Shown: piece after piece, positions 18,817-29,548 of the stretch | How positions within the stretch are numbered: the stretch's first letter is position 1 | Layout: every line of letters begins with the position of its first letter | Assembly: GCA_963545205.1 (NCBI GenBank) | Contig: CAUUHW010000002.1 | Span: 220,409-284,408, forward strand | DNA: 64,000 bases | Reading direction: 5' to 3' | DNA from: an uncultured Desulfovibrionales bacterium | Lineage (GTDB): Bacteria; Desulfobacterota; Desulfovibrionia; Desulfovibrionales; Desulfomicrobiaceae | Program-made: the position numbers and the translations under genes | The notes under the pieces: model-generated | What the model saw: the letters and a program-made list of their open reading frames with translations, nothing else | What the model was told of the DNA's origin: nothing | The model's database searches: none

Positions 18817-20676
18817 TTATCCGGCCTGTACTGGTTGTAAGGCCCGAAAAGAATTGACAACCGCCAGCAGGGTCACGCCAACATCGGCAAAAACAGCGGC
18901 CCACATGGAAACAAACCCCACACAGGCCAGACCAAGTACAACACCTTTCACGCCCAGGGCAAACACGATATTCTGTCTGGCAATACGCAAGGTCTTGCGG
19001 GCAATGCCAATGGCCTGTGGGATTTTTTTCAGCTCGTCTGACAAAAGCACAATATCAGCAGCCTCAATAGCTGCGGCCGAACCCAAACCGCCCATAGCCA
19101 CTCCGACATCAGCCCTGGCCATAGCCACTCCGACATCAGCCCTGGCCAGAGCCGGAGCGTCATTGATGCCGTCACCGACAAACACCAGTTTTTCTTCCGG
19201 ACACAGCAGGTGTTCCACTTCCAGGACCTTGTCTGTTGGCAGCAGCTCACTTTTAACCTCATCAAGCCCCAACGCGGCCCCAAGCTCAAGAGCCGGCGCG
19301 CGCCGGTCTCCGGTCAGCAGAACCAGCCGCCCAACACCCAGATGCCGCAAATCGTTCATAACGGCTGCGGCATCGGACTTGACCTCGTCCACAACCTGAA
19401 AAGAACCGGCATAACAACCGTTAACGGCGATATGCACTCCTTCTTCTGATTCTGAACCAGCAACGCCCTCATCAGCCAATAAACGGCTGTTTCCAACCAG
19501 CACCCTATGACCGTCAATAGTGGCCCGAATACCGAATCCGGCCAGTTCTTCAATTTTTTCAATCCGCTCGGCGCGCAGTTCCTGTTGGCAATATTCCCGC
19601 AGGGCCACACCAACTGGATGATCGGAATAATACTCGGCCAAAGCAGCCAGTTCACTCAGTTCAGCGGGGACAAAACCAGAGGCCGGATGCAGGCTCCGCA
19701 CACTCAACAGCCCCTTGGTCAGCGTGCCGGTTTTATCAAAAACACAGGTTGTTGCCTTGGCCAGTACTTCCAGATAGCTGCCGCCCTTCATCAGGATTCC
19801 CTGTCTGGACGCGCTTCCGATACCGCCAAAAAAGGTCAGGGGCACGGAAATAACCAGGGCGCAGGGGCAGGAAACAACAAGAAAGGTAAGCGCCCGGTAC
19901 ACCCAGACCGCAAAATCATATTTTCCGGTCAGCAGCGGCGGCACAATGCCGATAACCAGGGACAGACCGACAACCGCCGGAGTATAGGAGCGGGCGAAAC
20001 GAGTAATGAACCTTTCCTGGCGCGATTTTTTTTCTGAAGAATTCTCAACCAGATCAAGAATCTTCTGCACAGTTGAATCGGCAAAAACAGCTGTAACATC
20101 ACAAAAGACAGGCGCGCGCAGATTGATTGTGCCGCTTATAAGGTTATCACCCTCAACGCAGGCCACAGGCGCGGATTCTCCGGTCAGGGCCGCGGTATCA
20201 ATAAGCGACTGGCCCTGGACCACACGGCATTCAAGCGGGACCTTTTCTCCGGGTTTAATCATAATCCGTTCGCCCGGCTCCACGTTTTCAGGCAGGACAC
20301 GCTGCCACTTTCCTTCACGCCAGACATTGGCATAATCCGGGCAGATGTCCATAAGTCCGGCAATGGACTGACGGGACTTGCCCACAGCGTAAGCCTGACA
20401 CAGTTCTCCTGTCTGATAGAAAAGCATGACCGCCACGGCCTCATGATACTGCCCAATGGCGATGGCGCCAGCAGTGGCCGCGCTCATCAAAAAATTTTCG
20501 TCCAGGGCATTACCGCGGACAAGGCTTCCAAGCGCGGCCCTGATTACGTCAAGCCCAACAATCAGATAGGCAATCGCCAGCAAGACGAATTTATATACAG
20601 AAAAATTGTCAGCAACCAAAAAAGAAAACGCGAAAAAACACAGGCTGATGCCAATTTTTACCCACTGCCTTTTCAT
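18817..20676 (-). CDS. heavy-metal translocating P1B-type ATPase (Cd/Zn/Pb-type, no fused metal-binding domain)
   Basis: CPC in SCPCALVISVP, the DKTGTLT phosphorylation site and GDGINDAPAL. Start taken at ATG 20676 (MKRQWV), preceded by GGAG. The ArsR/CadC-like neighbour supports the metal assignment. Confidence 0.93.
   Translation of the reverse strand: MKRQWVKIGISLCFFAFSFLVADNFSVYKFVLLAIAYLIVGLDVIRAALGSLVRGNALDENFLMSAATAGAIAIGQYHEAVAVMLFYQTGELCQAYAVGKSRQSIAGLMDICPDYANVWREGKWQRVLPENVEPGERIMIKPGEKVPLECRVVQGQSLIDTAALTGESAPVACVEGDNLISGTINLRAPVFCDVTAVFADSTVQKILDLVENSSEKKSRQERFITRFARSYTPAVVGLSLVIGIVPPLLTGKYDFAVWVYRALTFLVVSCPCALVISVPLTFFGGIGSASRQGILMKGGSYLEVLAKATTCVFDKTGTLTKGLLSVRSLHPASGFVPAELSELAALAEYYSDHPVGVALREYCQQELRAERIEKIEELAGFGIRATIDGHRVLVGNSRLLADEGVAGSESEEGVHIAVNGCYAGSFQVVDEVKSDAAAVMNDLRHLGVGRLVLLTGDRRAPALELGAALGLDEVKSELLPTDKVLEVEHLLCPEEKLVFVGDGINDAPALARADVGVAMARADVGVAMGGLGSAAAIEAADIVLLSDELKKIPQAIGIARKTLRIARQNIVFALGVKGVVLGLACVGFVSMWAAVFADVGVTLLAVVNSFRALQPVQAG
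19093..19146. repeat. perfect 27-bp tandem duplication inside the ATPase gene
   Basis: CATAGCCACTCCGACATCAGCCCTGGC occurs twice back to back (19093-19119 and 19120-19146), giving ...GDGINDAPALARADVGVAMARADVGVAMGG... Confidence 0.95.
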
Positions 20677-20690
20677 CCGCCTTGCTCCTG

Positions 20691-20912
20691 TCAGATCCGC
20701 ACCAATTCGCAATGCGGCTCGTGCTGTTTGACAACCTTTTCCGCTGCCGCGCCAAGCAGGCTGCCGTCATCTTCATCAGCGTCAATAACCAGCTTGGTTG
20801 TCAAAAAATTAATCCTGGCTGAATGAACTCCGGGCAGAGCCTGAATTCCGTCCTGCATCTTGGCCGCGCAACAGGCGCAGCCCAGATTTTTAAGCTTGAA
20901 TGTATGAACCAT
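20691..20912 (-). CDS. stand-alone heavy-metal-associated (HMA) domain protein
   Basis: FKLKNLGCACCAAKMQDGI carries the GxCxxC metal-binding motif. 73 aa. Ends 15 nt inside the ATPase start region, in a different frame. Confidence 0.8.
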   Translation of the reverse strand: MVHTFKLKNLGCACCAAKMQDGIQALPGVHSARINFLTTKLVIDADEDDGSLLGAAAEKVVKQHEPHCELVRI

Positions 20913-20968
20913 GCTTTTCTCCTTGCGCTCAGAATGGGTACAAAAAGGCTCTTGACAGAGCGGTCAAC

Positions 20969-21343
20969 TTAAAACGAATTTTTTCTTTCCAGAATATGTT
21001 CCAGCCCCTGATCAAAGATATGGCGGACATGATCATCATCAAGGGAATAATACACAACCTTGCCCTCCCGCCGGAATTTCACCAGCCGGGCCTGCTTCAG
21101 GGTACGAAGCTGATGCGAAATCGCGGACTGGCTCATGTTCAGTAAAAAAGCGATATCGCACACGCACATTTCTTCCCGTTCCAAAGCCCATAAAATACGG
21201 ATGCGGGTCGAATCGCCAAAGACCTTGAACAGCTCGGCCAGGTCATACAGTTTTTCTTCCTGGGGCATATTCTGTCTGACCTTTTCAATAATATCCTGAT
21301 GAAGAACCGTGCAGTCGCATTTTTCAATGTCAGAGGGGGGCAT
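20969..21343 (-). CDS. ArsR/SmtB-family metalloregulator (CadC/CzrA-like)
   Basis: ELFKVFGDSTRIRILWAL...EMCVCDIAFLLNMSQSAISHQLRTLKQARLVKFRREGKVVYYSL. Confidence 0.9.
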   Translation of the reverse strand: MPPSDIEKCDCTVLHQDIIEKVRQNMPQEEKLYDLAELFKVFGDSTRIRILWALEREEMCVCDIAFLLNMSQSAISHQLRTLKQARLVKFRREGKVVYYSLDDDHVRHIFDQGLEHILERKNSF

Positions 21344-21696
21344 GCTTCACTCCTATATATGAGCAAATGTTCATGTGAATAAATATGGAAATCTGAAAAA
21401 AGAGTCAACCTGTTTTATTTTTGATTGTTGATTTTTGATTGGCGCTTCGCTGATTATTGATGGGTACCGCGTTTTTTCAAGCCAGAATCAGGAGTTCCCA
21501 TCAGACTGCGTACTGATGAAATCAGTCAGCGTAAGCAAATTTTTTGACAGAAACACGAAAAAAAACCGTAAACGGAGCGTTGGAGGACATATCTTTCCTG
21601 GACTGCAAAAAAAAAGGATGTTTCATTGAGAGTTCGCTGATTGTTGAGTTCCGGGTGCTGCCTTCCTGCAAAAATCCAGCTTCAAAAACCAGAAAT

Positions 21697-23238
21697 TCAG
21701 GATTGTTCTTCCTGCAATCCGGCCATAAGCGGGCCGATACGGCCTGGAGTGGTTTCATCTTCCACCGGCAGGACAGCCAGAATCCGGCCCCGGTACATCA
21801 CGGCGATCCTGTCGGCTAACTGAAGCGCCTCGTTCAGGTCGCCGGTAACGAGCAGCACGCCGGCCATTTCCCGCACTTCCAGCAACCGCTTCCAGACCTC
21901 TTCCGTCGCAGCGACATCCAGTCCCTGCGAAGGCTGCTCAGCCACAATCAGTACGGGTTCACGAAACAGCTCACGCGCGAGTACGGTTTTTTGCAGGTTG
22001 CCTCCGGAAAGCTGCCAAGCCAGGGCTGTGATTTTTGGCGGGCGAATATCAAATCTTTTGATCAGGTCACGGGCCTTGTCCGCGGCCTTTTTCTTGTCCA
22101 GCAGCGGACCAAAGACAAAACCCTTGCGGGTCGTGAGCAGCAGATTGTCCACCAGATTGTGATTTTTAAGCGTGGCCAGCCCAAGACGGTCTTCAGGGAT
22201 ATAGGAAAGTGAACGCTTCCATGTTGATTCGGCAAAAAATTTCCGCCACGGCTTTTTACTGATAAACACAGTATTGACCGGAGGCTTACGCAATCCACAA
22301 ATGGCCTCAACAAGAGCCTTCTGGCCATTGCCGGCTACGCCAACCACGGCCAGCACTTCGCCCTGCCGGACAGTCAGGTTGACGTCTTCAAGCCCCATGC
22401 CGGTAAGATGTTCAACCCGAAGCACCTCTTCACCGACTGGAACAACCGGACGGTTGATTTCCAGCAGCACTTCCCTGCCAACCATGCGCCGGGCCAGATC
22501 CGCCTTGGAGGAGACTGAATCAGGATCAATCTCCCCCTCAATGCGCCCCCGCCGTAAAATGGCAATTTCATCGGCCAGGGTAATCACTTCCTCCAGCTTG
22601 TGGCTGATAAACACAATAGCCTTGCCCTGGTCAGCCATCTTCCACAGGGCTTCAAAAAGCCTGGAGCTTTCTTCCGGTGTCAGAACCGCTGTTGGTTCGT
22701 CAAAAATAAGAACCCTGGACTTGCGGTACAAGATCTTCAAAATTTCGACCCGCTGTTTTTCGCCCATGGACAGGTCACACACACGCGCAGCGGGATCAAC
22801 ATCCAAGCCGTACTGCTGCGCAATGCCCTCAACCCGGGCTTCCATTTCTCTTGGGCGGACAAAAAATCCCCCCTCCTGGCCCAGCAGAACATTCTGGGCC
22901 ACGGTCATGGACGGCACAAGCATAAAATGCTGATAGACCATACCAATCCCCGCGTTCAGCGCGTCTTTGGGACTGGCAAAGGCCACCTTGCGCCCACCAA
23001 CCTCGATATACCCTTCATCAGGTTGATAGCGGCCGGAGAGCATGCTCATCATCGTGGATTTACCGGCCCCGTTTTCGCCCAGCAGGGCCTTGATCCGGCC
23101 CGGATAAATACTCAGATTGATATGGTCGTTGGCCACGACCTTGCCAAAGTGCTTGGTCAGCTCAACCAGGCGGACGATCGGATCCATACCAAACCGTTCT
23201 GAAGCGGTCTGAGTCCGGGAAGCAAGGTTATCGCTCAC
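21697..23238 (-). CDS. ABC transporter ATP-binding protein with duplicated ATPase domains
   Basis: Walker A GENGAGKST, the signature LSMGEKQRVEI/LSGGNLQK, and two tandem NBDs in 513 aa. This is typical of BMP/sugar-type importers. Confidence 0.9.
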   Translation of the reverse strand: MSDNLASRTQTASERFGMDPIVRLVELTKHFGKVVANDHINLSIYPGRIKALLGENGAGKSTMMSMLSGRYQPDEGYIEVGGRKVAFASPKDALNAGIGMVYQHFMLVPSMTVAQNVLLGQEGGFFVRPREMEARVEGIAQQYGLDVDPAARVCDLSMGEKQRVEILKILYRKSRVLIFDEPTAVLTPEESSRLFEALWKMADQGKAIVFISHKLEEVITLADEIAILRRGRIEGEIDPDSVSSKADLARRMVGREVLLEINRPVVPVGEEVLRVEHLTGMGLEDVNLTVRQGEVLAVVGVAGNGQKALVEAICGLRKPPVNTVFISKKPWRKFFAESTWKRSLSYIPEDRLGLATLKNHNLVDNLLLTTRKGFVFGPLLDKKKAADKARDLIKRFDIRPPKITALAWQLSGGNLQKTVLARELFREPVLIVAEQPSQGLDVAATEEVWKRLLEVREMAGVLLVTGDLNEALQLADRIAVMYRGRILAVLPVEDETTPGRIGPLMAGLQEEQS

Positions 23239-23243
23239 GCCTA

Positions 23244-24161
23244 CTAACCCTCCGGTTCAATATTGGTTCCAAGAGCTGCCGGAGCCTGCGCTCCCCGCCC
23301 CCTGAAGGCTGAAAGGATTAGCACCATGATGGTCAGGACGTAAGGCAGCATGAGCAGCAGGGAAGACGGCAGATTGGTGCCCGAAGCCTGCAGGCGAAGC
23401 TGAAAGGCCATAACTCCGCCGAACAGATAGGCTCCAACCACGGCCCGACCGGGTTTCCAGAACGCGAAAATAACCAGGGCCACGGCAATCCAGCCCCGGC
23501 CGCCAGAAAGCCCGTTTGTCCACAGATGGGTATAGGCTAGAGAAAGATAGGCTCCGCCCATGCCGATAAGAAATCCGCCCGATGCGGCAGCCAGATAACG
23601 CAGCCGAACCGGTTTCAAACCCGCTGCTGCCGCTGCCCGCGGATATTCACCAGTAGCGATAACCCCAAGGCCCAGGCTGGTGCGGTGAAAGAAAAACCAG
23701 AAAACAAACGGCGCACAATACGAAACATAGACCAAGGGGTCCTGACGGAAAAAGATATCACCCAGCACGGGAATCTGAGCCAGCAGCGGAAAAGCAAACT
23801 TGCCAAATCCGGGAGCGGACAGACCAATAAAGGGCGTACCAAGAAAGGTGGTCAGCCCCAAGCCCAAAATGGTCAGAGCCAGACCGGAAACAACCTGATT
23901 TCCGAGACAGGTAATGCAGACCAGGCCATGCACAAGACTCAGCAACATGCCGGCCAGACCGCCGGCCGCAAATCCCAGCCAGGGCGAACCAGTGGAGAGC
24001 GCGGTCACAAAGGCCGCCAGCGCGGCCACACTCATCATGCCTTCCACGCCAAGATTCAAAATGCCGCCCTTTTCAGTAAACATCTCGCCCAGAGTGGCAA
24101 ACAGAATGGGCGTGCCGGATTGTACAGTGGCCGCCAAAAGAGGAATGAGCAGTTCGGTCAT
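23244..24161 (-). CDS. ABC transporter permease
   Basis: Polytopic membrane protein adjacent to the ATPase. Resembles the BMP-family importer permease (YufQ/NupQ-like). Confidence 0.85.
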   Translation of the reverse strand: MTELLIPLLAATVQSGTPILFATLGEMFTEKGGILNLGVEGMMSVAALAAFVTALSTGSPWLGFAAGGLAGMLLSLVHGLVCITCLGNQVVSGLALTILGLGLTTFLGTPFIGLSAPGFGKFAFPLLAQIPVLGDIFFRQDPLVYVSYCAPFVFWFFFHRTSLGLGVIATGEYPRAAAAAGLKPVRLRYLAAASGGFLIGMGGAYLSLAYTHLWTNGLSGGRGWIAVALVIFAFWKPGRAVVGAYLFGGVMAFQLRLQASGTNLPSSLLLMLPYVLTIMVLILSAFRGRGAQAPAALGTNIEPEG

Positions 24162-24164
24162 GTC

Positions 24165-25244
24165 CTACGCCCCCCGCCCTGAGCCAGTGCTTCGCTCCAG
24201 TCCGTACACCACAAAAAACTGTCCGGCCAGCACGGAAAGCAGAATGACGCCTTCCATGATTTCGCCAAAGGCGGCCGGAATCTGCATTTTGAGCTGCATG
24301 TTTTCCACGCCCACCCGCAAGGCCGCCAGCAAAAAAGCCGCCAGACCGATATTTTTCGGTTCAAGCCGGGCCAGCCAGGCCACGACAATAGCCGTGTACC
24401 CGTACCCAACCATGAGACTGGACTGCAGCCGGCCAAGAATAGCGGAAGTCTCAATGGCTCCGGCCCAGCCGGCCAACCCGCCGGACACGCACATTACAAA
24501 GATAACCAGAAAACCATACGGCATTCCGGCATACCGCGCCATGCGGGAACCTTCACCGCTGGCCTTGAGTTCAAAGCCCATGCGCGTAAAACGCATAAAG
24601 GCCCAGAGCAGGGTGCCGATAGCGGCGCAAAAAACAATGCCCCAGTGATAACGGGTTCCGGCGATACCGGCAATAATACCGCCATCAGAAAATTCAACGG
24701 TCATGGGAAAACCAAAACTGGAAGGATCACGCCAGACACCAAAAACAAGGTATTCCAGCAGCAAGATGGCAATATAGTTAAGCATCAGGGTCGAAATGAT
24801 TTCATTGACGTACAGCCTGAGGCGCAAAAAGGCCGGAATAAAGGCCCACAGACCGCCAGAAATAAAGGCCATACAAAACATCAGCGGGAGCTGACCATAC
24901 CAGGGGAGAGCTGGAAACGTCAGCGCCATCCATGTCGCGCCAATGGCCCCCAGCGCGAACTGCCCCTCGGCTCCGATATTCCAGATCTGCATCCGAAAGG
25001 CCACTGCCACGCCAAGAGAACACATGAAAAGAGGCACGGCTTTTAACAGTGTGCCCTGAAAGGCAAAGGCACTGCCAAACGCCCCTGTCCACAGAAGAAC
25101 AAGGCCGTCACAGGCACTTTTTCCCTGTCCTTCCAGCAACAGGCCGCTGATGAAAAAAGAAAAGAGCAGAGCGCCCACGAAAACAATCGGGGCGCCCCAC
25201 TTCAAGGGTTCATCACGCTTTTTAAGCTTGAATCCGGTTTTCAT
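24165..25244 (-). CDS. ABC transporter permease
   Basis: Second polytopic permease of the same operon (YufP/NupP-like). Confidence 0.85.
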   Translation of the reverse strand: MKTGFKLKKRDEPLKWGAPIVFVGALLFSFFISGLLLEGQGKSACDGLVLLWTGAFGSAFAFQGTLLKAVPLFMCSLGVAVAFRMQIWNIGAEGQFALGAIGATWMALTFPALPWYGQLPLMFCMAFISGGLWAFIPAFLRLRLYVNEIISTLMLNYIAILLLEYLVFGVWRDPSSFGFPMTVEFSDGGIIAGIAGTRYHWGIVFCAAIGTLLWAFMRFTRMGFELKASGEGSRMARYAGMPYGFLVIFVMCVSGGLAGWAGAIETSAILGRLQSSLMVGYGYTAIVVAWLARLEPKNIGLAAFLLAALRVGVENMQLKMQIPAAFGEIMEGVILLSVLAGQFFVVYGLERSTGSGRGA

Positions 25245-25253
25245 TCCGAGTGT

Positions 25254-26381
25254 TTATTCTGTGTTGCCGACAACACCTTCGACAAAGTAGTTCATACCCA
25301 GCAGTTTTTCATCGTCAAGCTGCTGACCTTCTTCAACAACCACCCTGCCCTGCTGATTTTTGACTGGTCCGGCAAAAATCCCGTCTTGTCCGGCGGCCAG
25401 CCGGGCTTTTTTCCCTTCAACCATCTGCCTTACGTTTTCAGGCACCATTTCGCCCAAAGGCGTAATGTCCACAATGCCTTTTTCCATGCCGAACCACAAA
25501 GACTGACCGCCTTTCCAGGAACCGTCCTGAACCTGCCTGACTGTTTCCACATACAGCGGGGCCCAGTTCCATATGGCCGCGGTCAGATGGGCCTTGGGCG
25601 CAAAAGCAGTCATGTCTGAATTATAGCCAACCGAGTAAACACCCCGTTCCTGAGCCGCTTCCTGTGGACCGGGAGAATCCTGATGCTGGGCAATAACATC
25701 ACAGCCGACATCAAGCAGGGAAATGGCCGCGTCTTTTTCCAGGGCCGGATCATACCAGGTCTTTGTCCACACAACCCGAACCTGGGCTTTGGGGTTTACT
25801 TCCCGTACGCCAATGGTAAAAGCATTGATACCACGAATCACTTCGGGGATAGGAAAGGCAGCCACATACCCGATTTCATTGCTTTTGGTCATGGCGCCGG
25901 CCACCAGCCCTGTCAGATAGCGGGCCTGATAAATGCGACCAAAATAGTTGGTCATGTTTTCAGCGGTCTTGAAGCCGGAACAATGCATGAAAGCAATGCC
26001 GGGAAATTCATTGGCCACCCGTTTTGTAGGGTCCATATAGCCAAAGCTGGTGGAAAAAATCAGGTCAAAGCCATCATTGGCCATGTTGCGGATCACCCGC
26101 TCGGAATCTGCGCCTTCCTTGACGGACTCCACAACAGCAGTCTCAACACCGTCAAGAGCGGCCACGGCCTCGCGGCCCAGATTATGCGCGTACGAGTATC
26201 CCGCGTCACCAATGGGAGAAACATAGACAAAACCAACCCTGAAAGCTTTTTTCCGGGCTGGAGTCTCCGCCTTTTTTGCGGCTTTTTCTCCATCGTCTTT
26301 TTTTTCTCCTGAACAGCCGGCCAGGGCCATAAGCAAGGCAGCACAGGCAAGCAGTGCAAACATCTTCAGGAAACGATTCAT
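25254..26381 (-). CDS. BMP-family (basic membrane protein / PnrA-like) substrate-binding lipoprotein
   Basis: MNRFLKMFALLACAALLMALAGCSG lipobox, then FRVGFVYVSPIGDAGYSYAH. Start ATG 26381 is preceded by GGAGGG. Confidence 0.85.
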   Translation of the reverse strand: MNRFLKMFALLACAALLMALAGCSGEKKDDGEKAAKKAETPARKKAFRVGFVYVSPIGDAGYSYAHNLGREAVAALDGVETAVVESVKEGADSERVIRNMANDGFDLIFSTSFGYMDPTKRVANEFPGIAFMHCSGFKTAENMTNYFGRIYQARYLTGLVAGAMTKSNEIGYVAAFPIPEVIRGINAFTIGVREVNPKAQVRVVWTKTWYDPALEKDAAISLLDVGCDVIAQHQDSPGPQEAAQERGVYSVGYNSDMTAFAPKAHLTAAIWNWAPLYVETVRQVQDGSWKGGQSLWFGMEKGIVDITPLGEMVPENVRQMVEGKKARLAAGQDGIFAGPVKNQQGRVVVEEGQQLDDEKLLGMNYFVEGVVGNTE

Positions 26382-26515
26382 AACACCCTCCATGTCTGAA
26401 TGGTTTTTTAATTTTTGATTTGAAGAACATATCCTCCCACCAATCAAAAATCAAAAATTCCAGGCAGCCCGGAACCTGCTTCTTCAAATCAACAATCTGA
26501 AATCAAAAATAATTA

Positions 26516-26995
26516 TTAATCACGCTTGGCAAGTGGCTCAACAAACTGGGGCTGGGAATCCCAGGGGAACAAAATCCAGGTGTCCTGGCTGACTTCCATA
26601 ATAAAGGTATCCACCAGCAGACACCCCTCCGGCTTGGCGTACACAGTGGCAAAACAGGCCTCAGGAACCATGTCGCGGGCCACCTTTGCTGTTTTTCCCG
26701 TGTCAACAAGATCGTCTATCAGCAGCCAGTCCGCTCCGGCATGGGCAACGGGCTTGAGGACATTGGCACTACCCTGACTTTGCCAGTCGTAGCTGGACAG
26801 GCAAATAGTATCAACAAGCCGAATATCAAGTTCACGGGCGATAATGGCCGCTGGAACCAGGCCGCCACGGGTGATGGCAACGATCCCTTTCCAGGGGCCT
26901 TTTTCCATCAACCGCCGCGACAATGTACGGCAGTCGCGGTGGAGCTGCTCCCAGGAGACAGGAAACATTTTTTTATAGCGATCAGCGTTATGCAC
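26516..26995 (-). CDS. gpt: xanthine-guanine phosphoribosyltransferase
   Basis: VSWEQLHRDCRTLSRRLMEKGPWKGIVAITRGGLVPAAIIARELDIRLVDTICLSSYD and LLIDDLVDTGKTA align along the whole length of E. coli Gpt. GTG 26995 has a GAGG 6 nt upstream. ATG 26968 is an alternative start. Confidence 0.9.
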   Translation of the reverse strand: MHNADRYKKMFPVSWEQLHRDCRTLSRRLMEKGPWKGIVAITRGGLVPAAIIARELDIRLVDTICLSSYDWQSQGSANVLKPVAHAGADWLLIDDLVDTGKTAKVARDMVPEACFATVYAKPEGCLLVDTFIMEVSQDTWILFPWDSQPQFVEPLAKRD

Positions 26996-27190
26996 TCTTA
27001 ACCTCTTCGCGCGGGCATTCCTGTAAAAAAGAGCATATATACTTTTTCTCCGGTCTTGGCAAGAAACAGAACATGAAACCGCCCCGCACGGAAACAAAAA
27101 ATAAACCCACAAGGAGAGTTGCCTGCGCCCTTGTCTTTTGTTAGGAGAATCTTTCTGAACGAAAACTTAGAAACAGAATAAACAACTTAA

Positions 27191-29095
<1,905 letters not shown>

Positions 29096-29099
<4 letters not shown>

Positions 29100-29548
29100 T
29101 TGTTTTTTTCTGGTGGTTTTTTTATTCCATTGTTGCAAGCTACGCCCAGTTTTTCTTTGTCAGTTACGACTTTTTTCTTCCCGGCCTGATCCTTTGCCTG
29201 CAGCACCGCAACTGGCATCAGATAGTCTTTCTGCTTCTGGTGTGGACAATAATCGGTGAAGGCTGCCACCGCCTTGTCTTCGGCTCTGTTTTTCTGTCGT
29301 ACCTGGGGGCGCTTGCTTTCTTTTTTATTGGCAGTCGGTTACTTGAATCTCAAAACACCCTTTTTGTTTTTTTTCTGGCCCTGGCCTGCGCGATCTGGCA
29401 ATGGACTGCACTTTTCCTGCAGGCCCGCCTGCAAGGCATTCATTTTTCCTACAGCCTGCACATTATTGCCACTCAATTTCTGATCACCATGGGCGGCTGG
29501 CTGCTCAGCTCGGCTTTTTACCGGAGAATACGGCATGGTACGGCTTGA
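29096..29548 (+). CDS. mreD: rod shape-determining protein MreD
   Basis: 150-aa polytopic membrane protein, translationally coupled (ATGA) between mreC and mrdA. Confidence 0.7.

Noticed and set aside
26400-26515. Purine riboswitch upstream of the BMP nucleoside/purine importer next to gpt.
   Set aside because: The minus-strand sequence shows none of the conserved purine-riboswitch junction and loop motifs that I can recall (for example the UAUAAU...CCGUAAAU-type core). Only generic inverted repeats are present. They are reported as a low-interest structural observation instead.
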